The position numbers and the translations under genes were made by a program. Under the pieces are notes generated by a model. That model saw only the letters and a list, made by a program, of their open reading frames with translations, did no database searches and had not been told where the DNA came from. A stretch of DNA of 56,526 nt, the filler included, from Sphacelaria rigidula (lineage: Eukaryota): the NCBI GenBank assembly GCA_964200075.2. It is 3 parts of 3 records of this genome, joined end to end, with 100 filler letters (N's around TTAATTAATTAA, not from the genome) between each part and the next. Parts side by side here need not be neighbours in the genome. Positions count along the whole stretch, not along the records: positions 18,887 to 37,656 come from CAXNAA020000794.1; 2 more parts are not named here. One strand, given 5' to 3'. Positions 26,001 through 37,299 of the stretch are shown here, in pieces; the first letter of the stretch is position 1, and each line of letters starts with the position of its first letter.

Positions 26001-27287
26001 CCAATTTGACACGTCATGTCACGTCACGCTACGTACCGTGCTTGAAGCAGATTCCATAAGCTGGCGGCTGGCGCGGGAGGTGGCGGGGCCGGTTTTTTCG
26101 ACGCCGTCACCATCGTCCGCAAAGCCACGGAATTCCTGCGGTTGAAATTTGTACACGATACACCGTCGCATCATATAATATGTCTTATTCCGAAATAGGA
26201 CGCGGAAAACACAGAAATTTTGTCTATATTTTTTTGTGTTTTATATCACACACGCGAACGCGCGAGAAAACTCGAGTGCACACGAAACAAACTTGGTCAG
26301 CCAGCTGTCGGTTAGGCGTGCAGTCCGCTAACTCAGTGACGACATTGCTGGGCACACACCTATCTAGCGGCCCACGACCACACGATGCTTGCACGACGAT
26401 GTCGCAGTTGCCTCAGAAATAGAACACAGAGCTTCGCTTATCGAAATCTACGCAAAACTCATGCGGCTGTCCCTGGCGACCACCCACACTGGTGAGACGT
26501 CGTGCATGCATTCTAGGGTCATGCATCGTCAGACCGCTGTCGGTCACACGGTGAGTGTACGCGGTAGCTCCTCTCTTTCCGGATTGTTCGGATTTAGCAG
26601 TGAGTGACGCCGTAACCACCGCCCGATGGTGAAAAATTGTAGAAATACGAAGTACTTGCTTCTTTTCATCCTCTCGAACAGCGAATTTCTGCACCAAGGT
26701 GCTCCTGCCTGTCCAGGAAGGTAAGTCTCCTGCTCCGGTAATATTGACAATGGTAACGATGTTCTCTCGTGTTTGTGTCATTCTTCACCGGTGACATCGC
26801 CGGCAGCTCATCCCCTGCGGAAAATCGTCTCCGGTTGGCACTCTCTTTGACGCTTGGGTAGTCCGGGTTAGCCGCAAGTGGTTTCACTTTGGAGCCATGC
26901 TACGATAGGGAGGGGGGTGTTTGATTTCACGAAGAAATGAGCTCATAAATACTTCAGACGACCTAACACACTCGCGGTGCGCTTGTATTTGGGTAAAAGC
27001 GGTGCCAAGGAGTATGAATGAGCGATATTCATCGGAAGCAATCGCGTTTGAACAACCGTTGCTGCTATTCACGACGATTTCGAGTAGAGTTTCGTGGAAG
27101 AAAACGGCCCCAAATCCCCCCCCATATCGTAGCATTACTCTTTGTCATCGCGCCTCACCATCATCGCCGATCTTGATGTATCGCCTCTTACTGCTGCTGC
27201 GGCTGCTAGGCTTGTTGTTGTTGCGGCGAGTCCGCATAGGACAGCACTCGCTGCTGCCACACCCAGCGTCGTGCTTGTCTGCTTCAT
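20055..27287 (-). CDS. Secreted metzincin (reprolysin/M12B-like) zinc metallopeptidase with a C-terminal WSC domain; 3' end not found
   Basis: Exons: 27287-27159 (signal-peptide-like MKQTSTTLGVAAASAVLCGLAA...), 26899-26789 and ~26574-26488 (both tentative), 26135-26037, 25777-25613, 24215-24076, 22872-22744 (THEFGHNLGGLH), 21509-21371 (Met-turn YSTIMA), 20670-20551 (ECYADSDADRVF...SEMTVE), 20117-20055 (ECAGICHGYGSASFGVENGDE). Phases are consistent from 26135 onward. Confidence 0.85.
21825..22270. mobile_element. Fold-back/MITE-like long imperfect inverted repeat, intronic
   Basis: Perfect inverted blocks: 21896-21909/22193-22206, 21954-21968/22133-22147 and 21989-22001/22100-22112. A partial arm copy lies at ~19825-19930. 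Confidence 0.75.
23480..23850. repeat. Dispersed repeat family E, copy 1
   Basis: Shares the blocks GCACAAGCAAGTGTT, CAGAGCTGGGCTCAC and TTGACAGTCGAAC with 30060-30700. Confidence 0.7.
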
Positions 27288-28909
27288 GGCTCGCTCCGTT
27301 CTGCCTTCCTCTGTACCTGTTGTGTTTACGGGTGAGTCAGGGCTTTTCTCGGGGCGTGGTTCATGACGTACGGAGTTCCTTACATGGTGGCAACTTCATC
27401 TAGAGGTACCCCTTCGCGCGTGTACCTAACGCAGTAGGAGGTGGCTCACGCCTACCGCCCATAGTTCACTCATCCGATTGCCCCGATTATGGGGTGAAAA
27501 AAGAGGGACGTCTTTATCCCGAAAATGGTGCTTTCGCATATACCTGTTGGGGGGAACGGAACACAGGAAACCCCCAGAAATAGTTTCAGGGAGGGGTGAT
27601 TCTACGGTAGGGGTGCACGAATAGTTTCTGGGGTTAGGGCCTTTATTATCGACAAATAAACAAAATGGGAGAAGGCCTGAAATTTCGGCATTCGCCGAGG
27701 GCTCGTTATTATCTAGATCTACTGTTGCTCTTAGATATCTCATCACAGATGGTGCTGATCTCGTCGTTTGCTTGCGCTCGCCGGAAAAATAAAGGACAGG
27801 GTTGTGCTACCTGCCCGTGTATGGCGTTCATAACTGTGGTGAACATATTTTTCACAACCTCCCTGTGACACGGGGGGGCAGTCGAACAGGCCAGGGCGTG
27901 ATCGACCGGCTCTCTCGGGACGCTGCAGCAGCACACATGAGTGAAAATACCGACTGTAGAAAGCCCCGTGCATAGATTGCAGTATGCTTGCTTTCTGTGA
28001 GTTGTATGCGTAGATACACCCAATCCAACCCCTGTATGCGTAGATACATCAAATCAAATCCCTGCTATACCCTTTTCAGACGGTGCGGTAGCGTACCCTC
28101 GTAGCAGCGCTGCAGGCAAGTAGGTGGCTACTGGATTGTTTCTGCTCTTCCCTTCGAAAGTGCGTATGTCTGCAAAAACGACGACCACCGTGCTTGGCCC
28201 CAACAGCTCCAACACCGCTACCGGGGCACGCACCGTCTAAGGAGATAGATACCGCCAACCCGCGGTGCTTTTTACTCCACGACATAGCCCAGGGTATCAC
28301 TAGCAAGGTTCCTGATGATTCTCGCACGCTTGCGAGCGCCGCGGCGTGCGCCAAGGGCAGCTCTGCGGAGTATTGTGCTGGGAGAACGTTGAAAAAAAGA
28401 TGCGAAAACGCCTAAAATCTTGGCGATCTCGCAAAAGACTGTGTCGATAATAACGGCCCTTAGGGTTGTTGGGAGCCCTTGATCATGTGCTGGGGATACC
28501 CCGAATGAATTTGCAACCAGGAATGCCCTGACACATGTTCTTGCACACATCTAGAATCGTTAGGAGCTATAGAGCCTCTGAACCAGACGAGATTTTGTGC
28601 AAAAAGTGCACCCCTACCGTAGCATTGCCCAGATCGAATCCCAGATCTGCACGTGGGTTCAGAAAATGATCAAGGAACACAGACAAAAAACGAAAAGTCT
28701 GATCGGCTTTGCGACGTTCGTATACAGTATTTACTTCTGCTCCATGCCGCTTTGGCACGATGACCTCGGATGCCGGCCACGCTCACACACATGTATGAAC
28801 TCTCGAGCGCACTGTAGCGGCAGCCACTACTAGCCAAAGTATCCACAATATCTCCCGCCCTACTAGACCCGCTCGGGCTGCTGGTAGGTACTCGAGGCAC
28901 TCGACACGG

Positions 28910-29128
28910 TGTAATGCGTGAGAGGACCGCGTGCTTAGAGGACCGCATCGGCATTTGAACACCCCTAGGGTTAGGGTTAGGGTTAGGGTTAGTGCTAGTG
29001 TTGGGGTTAGGGTCAGGGGCGTGGTACCTGCAGGGACTGACCCGATTGGTTTCGGAAAGCGTCGATCCTGAGGTATTTTGAACTACGGCGCGGTCCTCTA
29101 AGCACGCGGTCCTCTTTCACGCATTACA
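28910..29128. mobile_element. MITE with TGT...ACA termini, ~38-bp TIRs, a 4-bp TSD and internal (TTAGGG)n; copy 1
   Basis: TIRs TGTAATGCGTGAGAGGACCGCGTGCTTAGAGGACCGC / GCGGTCCTCTAAGCACGCGGTCCTCTTTCACGCATTACA, with ACGG on both sides (28906-28909 and 29129-29132). Confidence 0.85.
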
Positions 29129-29698
29129 ACGGGACCGGTGCCCTCCAAGTAGTATTTGCAGACACCCTATACCCGTTGGCATAAAAAACCAGTGCCACCG
29201 ACAGGGTAGAACCGGTTGTATTTCCACTTCGACTTATCAAGCGAGGGAGAACATTCAGATGCAGAATTGACAGTGGCGGATGCAGCACCTACGCCACGAG
29301 TGGCCGCGCCACTCATGGTGTAGAGTTGCGGGTAACCCTAACCGTACTGTTTCACTGCTGTGCTGTGTGGCGTGCGGTCTGTCGTTTTGCTGCTATTGCC
29401 GTTTGTGGGGACAATACTGTGTGGATCTGCTGCAGCCGTGTATCGTCGACTCGAGTAGGTGCATTATTTGCTCCCGCACGCCGCAGGCAAAAAGATGGCG
29501 TTACACGATGAAACACCTCATCATTTATTCTCGTAAATACCACTAAGTACTTATCATCCCTTCTTTGATGGTGTCCAATGTTCGAAAGACATCTATTTCG
29601 TAGATGCGTACAATTTTAGCGGTAGATTAAGTTACGGTTCAGCATGAACAGCAACATACATACGTAGAACGTGGAACATACAACGGTACGAACGGGTT

Positions 29699-29799
29699 TT
29701 AACCCTTAGACCGCGAGATCAGTCTCTCTGGATCATGCATAATTCGTTTCACTTGAAATTGATGCCGATTCAACAGAAGACAAACCGCGCGGTCTAAGG
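29699..29799. mobile_element. piggyBac-like ~105-bp MITE with its right TIR interrupted
   Basis: TTAA-CCCTTAGACCGCG ... CGCGGTCTAAGG, immediately followed by the TGT..ACA MITE. Confidence 0.8.
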
Positions 29800-30012
29800 T
29801 GTAACGCGTGAGAGGACCGCGTGCTTAGAGGACCGCATCGGAATTTGAACACCCCTATGGTCAGGGTTAGGGTTAGGGTTAGTGTTGGGGTTAGGGTCAC
29901 GGGCGTGGTACCTGCAGGGACTGACCCGATTGGTTTTGGAAAACGTCGATCCTGAGGTATTTCGAACTACGGCGCGGCCCTCTAAGCACGCTGTCCTCTC
30001 TCACGCATTGCA
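29800..30012. mobile_element. TTAGGG-containing MITE, copy 2
   Basis: Highly similar to 28910-29128; starts TGTAACGCGTG and ends GCATTGCA. Confidence 0.85.
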
Positions 30013-30059
30013 TAATGGTTAGCCGTAGGATTACGCAGGATTGATGAATGGATAGGTCG

Positions 30060-30700
30060 AACTGTTTGTGTCAGAATAGTGAAGAGCTTGAGTCGAGGAG
30101 TCCATAGTATCAAGCGTTTATGTGTGTAGAGTGCATGATCATAGAGTTCAGGTACAGTTTATAGTACGAAAGTTTGGGATAGCACAGTTTTCTGAGATGC
30201 CACCTCGTGGCCACTCTCCAATTTATCCACTCAATCAAGCCTATCAGCTTGTTGTTGGTTTCTGCGTTAACCCTTAGACCGCGAGATTAGTCTTTCTGGA
30301 TCATGCATACTTTTTTTCACTTGAAATTGATGCCGATTCAACAGAAGACTAACCTGAGGTCCTCGCGGTCTAAGGGTTAACCCTTAGACCGCGAGGGCAG
30401 TCCCTCCGGATCATGTGTGTACTTTTTTCAGGTGAAATTGATGTCAATTCACTAGATGACCTACTCTCGCTGTCCAAGGGTTAAGAAGGAACCAAGTGTT
30501 TTATTGTGTTTGTTCGACCGGATAAAGCGCCAACCTTGAAGCATCTTACCTTCTTCAATTGCACAAGCAAGTGTTCAACGACACTGCGCGACCTCTGCGA
30601 GCTCTCTTGTCAGAGCTGGGCTCACGTGGTGAACCGTGTTCCTGTCGAATTGACAGTCGAACGTTGTGTGTTATACACAAGCCACAGCCACACTTTCAAC
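30060..30700. repeat. Dispersed repeat family E, copy 2, interrupted by two MITEs
   Basis: Similarity to 23480-23850 is present on both sides of the 30267-30484 insertion. Confidence 0.65.
30267..30484. mobile_element. Two tandem piggyBac-like MITEs sharing a central TTAA
   Basis: TTAA(30267)-CCCTTAGACCGCG...CGCGGTCTAAGGG-TTAA(30377)-CCCTTAGACCGCG...TCCAAGGG-TTAA(30481). Confidence 0.9.
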
Positions 30701-31261
30701 ATCCAACCCTAATCTGGACAACAGTGCTTCTCGATCAGACTGGATACTACTGGTCGTTGTTGGGGCAATCAATTAATTTTCAAAAGTGTTTTTTCATCTG
30801 TCATCGGTGCGTCGTATCAAACCTGCGGAGAAGGAAATATCTAGTGAGTTGTCACCTCAACATAAGTGGCCCAAGGCACGCCTTCAGAGGATATTACTGT
30901 ACCTCCGGTGGGGGGGGGGGCTACATGAGAGACGATGCGCCATTCTACTCGGGTTGGTCCTTACTTTTTCGGGATAGATAGAGTCTCCACGAATGTAACG
31001 CTGTCGTGTTGGCGCTAACATGGTCAGGCCTTCTTTCTTCTGTCGTCGTGGTTACGGTTAGCCATGGGGTTGGGAGTTCTTATCTGCTTTCACTGATAAA
31101 ATAATGGTGAATGTCAGGATAATATTTTGATCACGTGCGAGACTTGTGCCGTTGATGCCTGCAGCACTGCTGTCATGCGTGTCAGCCGTGGCTCACCAAT
31201 AATAGTAAATAATAATAGGCTTCATAACCTTGGCGCGTGAAAAAGGAGCAGACTGTTGACC

Positions 31262-31760
31262 AGTCGCGCCCCGGTGGTTCAGTTGGTAACCTCGAGACTT
31301 TCTGACGGTTGGGTCGTGTGGGTTCGAATCTCGGAGCAACCTGGGATTTTTTCTTGCACAATGCCCAACAACAGTGGAGAACGACTATGTGTTGGGTACA
31401 CAAACTGAAAATTTCGACTGCCGAATCCCACTCGTGATAAGGACTGCTGAACCCCACTCGCGATGAAGAATGAAGGCAAGCACCACTACATGAGGAAGGT
31501 GTAGAAGTTATTCAATCAATAGGAAAGAAAGAACTCCTGTGCGTCGGCCTTTATTCTCCTGTGTGACCCCGGCTGGTGAGCCCACAAATACCGACAGGAG
31601 GTGAATCTTACGTCCAGAATAAAGGGGATGACAAAACAAGACAAACTACTGTTGGAGCATCTTTTTCGGTCATCAAACCAGCGAGGTACACCCCACCACG
31701 GGCTGGATTGTTGCAATCAACTAATGTGCGATAATCAATCAATCAATCAATCAATCAACT
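31262..31760 (+). mobile_element. tRNA-derived SINE, family 1, copy 2, with a (TCAA)n tail
   Basis: A-box GGTGGTTCAGTTGG, B-box GGTTCGAATC, body homologous to 4923-5508, and an end of AATCAATCAATCAATCAATCAATCAA. Confidence 0.75.
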
Positions 31761-31900
31761 GGGAAGTAATAGCATACCCTTTTTTTACCCCCGTACCATT
31801 TGATGCTCGAATGCATCCCCTTTTTTGTTGAGTGGTGACCGTATACCGTGGGCCCCGCAGAAGATATTGTACGCCGAACAGTCACGACCGCATACCCCCT

Positions 31901-32006
31901 TCAACGCTTAGACCGCGAGGTTAGTCTTCTGTTCATCGGCATCAATTTCAAGTGAAAAAAAAGTATGCATGATCCAGAAAGACTAATCTCGCCGTCTAAG
32001 GGTTAA
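31901..32006. mobile_element. piggyBac-like MITE in inverted orientation
   Basis: TCAA-CGCTTAGACCGCG...GCCGTCTAAGGG-TTAA; the interior is the reverse complement of the 30267 copy. Confidence 0.85.
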
Positions 32007-32408
32007 CAACATATTCGTGAGATTAGATTAGGAACGTTTTTTTGTTCTCGGAACGGAAGGTTTTGGGTGATATACACCACGACGGTCGAATCGTCCGAAA
32101 CCGCGGTCATCTCCCCGAAAGCCCGTGATCTGACGGGAATTTTAGCGCAATCAGAATTGAAATCGGTGACGCCTTCCATGAGATACGGCGGACGGTGCGC
32201 GAAACTTTCTTTTTCTTTTGACACATTTTTCCTCACGACTATGCAATAACCACGTCGATTTTGAATATTTTTGCATCAAAAATCCCGTCAGATCACGGGC
32301 TTTCAGGGGGGCGACAGCCGTTTCGGACGATTCGATCGTCTTGGCGTAAGTCATTAAATAACTCCCGTTCCGAAAAAATAATCCGTTCCTTTTTTCACGA
32401 ACATGTTT
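32007..32408. mobile_element. Fold-back MITE with ~140-bp imperfect inverted arms
   Basis: A perfect 22-bp inverted block at 32117-32138/32283-32304, with further matches out to CAACATATTCGTGA / TCACGAACATGTT. Confidence 0.8.
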
Positions 32409-32625
32409 TTGCTGACGGTATGGGTAACACTACTACCTTGTGTACGCCTACAAGCACACAACAGCAGGCTACGAGTACTTGAATGTGTACCTCGTTCCTA
32501 TAAAGATCGCAACAAATTAAGTACGGTTCCAAGCTTCCGAGGGCAGCGCACATGCAAGAAGAAACACAAGAAGTGTCGCGCACAACAAAAATAATCCGGG
32601 GGTTACGGTTGGCGGGCCCACTCAC

Positions 32626-34561
32626 CGTAGCGATATGATTTTCACCGAGAAGGTTGACTCTTGTATTGAGGACGCGCGTGAGCATGTCCATACCTTCGGA
32701 TAGCTGCGCCTCGCCGACATTCTCCGCCAGCTTGGCATCACCCCGAACGCTCGCCAAAAACTTGTACCAAATGTCAACAACTTTGTCGTAGAATGCGAGT
32801 GAGCTCTCCACCTAAGATCCACCGACGAAGCACGCGCATGTTGACACCCATTCGTCGTCTTCCTTCACGTGAGACCTGCAGGCGGTGCCGCCAATGTTCT
32901 TCTGTCTGCTAGGATAAGTATGCTCCGTGACCGACATCGTCACAAAGCAAGGGAATGAGATTCCTTAGGTCTCCTCTCGATAAGGATTGCGGTGGGTCCC
33001 CGATTTGCGGAACGCTGTATAATAGTGACCCACGCGGACGCGTGACCGTAGTGCGATGTAAAAATGTTACCTTTCTCTGGGCGTAGAATATGTTGGCAAC
33101 GAGAAAATATCCGGCTGAAGTGTCGATATGCTCTGGTCCGACTTCCAAAGAAGAACAGTATATGTCCTTGCTCAAATCTTCAATCGCCTCGTCCAACTTG
33201 TTCTGGGCCGTATGCAGCTTCCCAAAATTTCGATGCAACTGTTAGTGCGGATCATACAGGAGGACGTTCGTACGGCAACTCAGACTTGGTCGAAAATTAC
33301 GAGTATGCCGGAGTGGTAGCCGTTGTCCCTTTAGCCTCTTTTTCTTCGAGAACACTGCAGGGCACATCTCGAGACCATCACATCGCCCAGCGTTTTCGTG
33401 CAAAAGCGACTTGAAGATTGGTAAATGTACGAAGCTCCCTGATGATGTTTTCATACCCTGGACAACAGATTCCATCGTAAAAAAATGTACTGTCCACAGT
33501 ATGGAATACATTGTTCATTGCAATAGACGCATTAGTCTAAACTGTACACAGTACACCTTTTGACAAGGGAATATGTTGTCCAGGGTGTAGATGTTTTTGG
33601 CAGTACAACACTATCGCGTGAAAATGAGTGACAGACTTTCCACAGTGACACGATGCTACTGCTCATGGCGACGAATTGGGCGTGTTCCACGGAAACCACC
33701 TGATACCCCACCTCGATTGCTGTACTGCGATGAATCTGTATGTGGTCGAGACGCGCTGGGCACTCGCCAACATGCAAAGAATCCAAATATTGTTTCGTGT
33801 ATTTCCATATACCTGACTTCGAATTGCGTTGCTACAGGCAGGTGTTTTCAGGATAGACCAGTTTGCCAAAGTCAAGAACTCCTCCGCACATTGTAGCTGT
33901 CCGAGTCCGAGGTTCGCCTCAGAGAGCAGCAAATAAGGAGGAACCATCTCAATACTCCCGTCCCCGAAGATATCCTTCGAGAATGACAGCGCCTGGATGA
34001 CACGCAACAAAAGTCCACAATTAGTGCGCACAGCTTCAAAACTTTGACAGTGCCGTGGGTGACTTGTTGGTCGACTTCCATCCGATACGTTTTGTAGCGA
34101 GAACATGGTGTGGGGTACGGGTACGAGCTGGATTTCAATATTGAGTATGGTGACATGGCTACAGGGAATGTGCAGCAGCATCGAAATATCAAGTTCGAAT
34201 GTGACAGCGGGACGGTCGCGAGTTTCGCTTGCCTGAGTTGTCTCGCGTACGGGATTTCGAGATTGACCTCATGCGGATCTGCAACAATTTTTTTCTGACA
34301 GTCGACTGGATTCCCGCTTGGGTTGCCCTGTGGTTTTGATGTCTGACGTAGAGCGGTATTTCACCTGGATAGCGCCTGGTACGGCAAGGTCGTATCTCCC
34401 TTGAACGAGAAACTTAGAGGCTTCTTGTTGACACAAATCTATGAGCGCCCTCTTGCTCATCTGGACGGTATATTCTCGCCGCGCACGCTCCTCCTCGGAT
34501 CCTATTATAGGAGGTGTTGCTCGTAGGGGGCCGATCAACGGCGATATCTTGTGCATAATGC
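32626..34561 (-). CDS. ZMYND12: ZMYND12/p38-like TPR-type axonemal inner-dynein-arm-associated protein; internal exons only
   Basis: In-phase exons: 34561-34365 (GIMHKISPLIGPLRATPPIIGSEEERARR...AVPGAIQ), 33992-33813 (ALSFSKDIFGDGSIEMVPPYLLLSEANLGLG...LANWSILKTPACSNAIRSQ), 33238-33071 (LHRNFGKL...DIYCSSLEVGPEHIDTSAGYF), 32811-32626 (AFYDKVVDIW). These motifs are characteristic of ZMYND12. Confidence 0.85.
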
Positions 34562-36017
34562 CTACCAGAACGTTAGTTGCACGTGAATATTACATGGATA
34601 TTAGAGCGGCAGCAAGGAAGGGTGATGTGATTAGCACCTGAGTTACGCACGCCATTAGTACAACCTCGAAAATTCTGCGCACTTGAAGTCTTACACTCCG
34701 TTGTGTATCGAGATGTACGTAGCCTTGTTCACCACTCCTACTGCCGGAAAATCTGCGGTTGTCGCACCGGGTACCAAGCGAAATTAAACTCGGCTGTGAC
34801 AGATTGTACGGTGCTGTAGCAGAGGAGGGTGCGATAACCCCGCGGGTGGGACGATAGTTCAAAAACTCCAGCGCAGCCGGGAGGGGGGGGGGGGGGGGGA
34901 CTGGGCGTGAAAACGAAAGAACTCGCCATAGGTTTAAGGAGGGGTGTAATAAAACAGAAGACGTAGGCAGGGGATGTGTTCATCTGCACTGCACAGTATA
35001 TAGATTCGTTGCAAGTTACCGGCAGTAAAGCGCAACGCATAAAACATCGTCGGTGGACGCCACGCTTCTACGTTTCTAGAACGTGGAATCAGTCCCGACA
35101 CTTGCACGCAACACCTTGTATATGGTGATGTTGAGCACTGTTTCGCTGTGTTGACCAGCGCGCCATTTCGTCTGCGACGGGACATCCGAGAGAATATCAC
35201 AGTACGATTGTACTGCTATAGAGCACGTTTGTTGTACTTTTTTAGGTGGAACGGTCCATAAAACACTGTACCGTGGTCTGCGTGCATCCGCAGTACACCG
35301 GCACAATAGGGCGGCACAATGCATGACCTAAAACAAGGGTCGCGTTGCTTGTATCGTTTTTGGCTTTGGTTCGCTGAGTGTATACTCTTTCACCGATATA
35401 ATACGAAATTATATTCTTTCTTTACACGGCGAAGAAGGCGAAGAAGGCGAACGCAATGATTACTTACGCGTGTCCTCCATTCATGTCGCTTTTTCGTGTC
35501 GGTACAATTGTAACCCACTCTTCGGAGGAGTCACCGCGTCACACCAGCAACTCAGAACAAGTGCTCACGAAGACCGCAACTTGTGTTCTCACACGCATCC
35601 CCCTTCGTCATCACACCCGGTGCAGTATCCAAAAATGAGGGGTGATGTACCAGCAGAACTTGTTCGTGACAGTCGACACCGCGCGATATCAAAGGGGAGT
35701 GCCACTGCCAAGAAGAATGCGACAACCCCGGGTTTAACGCTCTGATACAAATGTGCTCAAGAGGCGGTAGGAGTTCTTGTGCGGGTAATTTGGGGTTTCG
35801 ATGCTCGAGGTATTTTAGAACTCTCTGTACTTCGGCAGTCAGTACCCCAGGCGAGGGTGCCCGGAGACTGGAGTGCTGGACACCAGCATCATCACCGACC
35901 ACCGCCCTGCAAGCACGCGNNNNNNNNNNCCTTCCGGAGGGGCGGCAATGCTTCCCGGGGCGGGGGCCGCGGGAGACGGGGGTACGGCCCCCACCCCCCC
36001 CCCCCCCCCCCCCCCCC

Positions 36018-36250
36018 ATGGAATCATTTGGTATATTAGACAGTAGCGAGAAAACGATCGCTATACTAGAATGTAGATGGTGGCCACAGACGGCAAAACA
36101 GGGAGGGGATGGGATATGTAAACGATTTTATGTAATGCATGGAATAGACGTAATGGGCACCGGAATATTGGAGGTATCTCTATTGGAAGTAGGAACGGTA
36201 CTCCGTCTCGAAAGGGGTGCGTGGTCTGTGGTCAAAGGACGAAGGCAAGC
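36018..36250 (+). mobile_element. LINE-like ORF 3'-end remnant
   Basis: Encodes MESFGILDSSEKTIAILECRWWPQTAKQGGD..., homologous to 41125-41258 ([26 protein letters not shown]), and is preceded by poly-C. Confidence 0.65.
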
Positions 36251-36821
36251 GGGGTTGATATGCGGCTACGTACTGGAGAATAACTTTAGGCTCTCGGGGC
36301 GGCAAGCTATTGCTATTGGTTGGATTATCACCTCGCCCCCTCCAACCCCCAACTCCCCCCCAAACCACCAAATTTCAACTTTCAGGGCCTTGGTGTGTTG
36401 GTTTCAATTCACGGGCACCCTCGCTGCAGGTACTCTGGAATTGTCGATATTTTTTGGCAGTCTATCTTCCAAGTACTCTGGAATGCTCTGCGCTATGGAA
36501 GTATAAATACTTTGGGTGATACGGACTACTAATTACTCCGACAGATGAATACTCCAGGAAATCTGAAATACGCAGTACTTTCGGCACTCGATACTCCAGT
36601 TACCCAATGGAGCATCCAGTATATTTTTTGTTGCCGAAAACTTCTGTACTCAGTATTACTTTTCTTCTCGTTGCAATATAAACCTCCTCCCGTTCCTCGA
36701 GACGAGTCCGTGGTCTCGGGGGATTAACCCATATCTCCCTCGGTACACGCCTTGCGATTTTGCATCGCGGATTGAATCAGGACCCCCGCACTGCGGGAAT
36801 TTCGTCGAATAAAAGTCGTTT

Positions 36822-37299
36822 TGCTGCTCACGTTCTCATGTTGTCAACGTCATAGATTAAATGCTTTTCAGGGGGGGGGAACGAGCGCATGTGCCCGGAA
36901 TCGAAACAGCAATTTTCCTATCCAAGGGTGTACATCATACCATTTTACCACTGGGACGCGGTGGTATGATTGATGAGTCAAAACTCCAGGTACTCCCGAA
37001 CAATCAGTATTTTCGGTAGTGGATACTGTGCAGATGTCACAGCAATAACCACTGAGCCGTTGTGCTGCTCACGTTCTCATGTTGTCAACGTCATAGATAA
37101 AATGCTTTTCAGGGGGGGGGAACGAGTGCATGTGCCCGGAATCGAAACGGCAATTTTCCTATCCAAGGGTGTACATCGTACCATTTTACCACTGGGACGC
37201 GGTGGTATGATCGATGAGTCAAAACTCCAGGTACTCCCGAACAATCAGTATTTTCGGTAGTGGATACTGTGCAGATGTCACAGCAGTAACCACTGAGCC
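36822..37299 (-). repeat. Tandem duplication (2 x 241 bp), each unit carrying a tRNA-like SINE head (family 2) on the minus strand
   Basis: Units start at 36822 and 37063 and are nearly identical. The reverse strand GCGTCCCAGTGGTAAAATGGTATGATG...GTTTCGATTCCGGGCAC has A- and B-box-like motifs. Confidence 0.8.

Noticed and set aside
28003..28063. 30-bp tandem duplication upstream of the metzincin gene
   Set aside because: Two copies only, with no evidence of a regulatory role.
6388..30012. Functional link between RIF1 and the nearby TTAGGG-bearing MITEs
   Set aside because: They are separated by an artificial contig join and another gene; the proximity is probably coincidental.
36822..37299. 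CRISPR-like or functional tRNA array
   Set aside because: Only two 241-bp near-identical units with no spacers, and the tRNA-like part lacks a proper cloverleaf.
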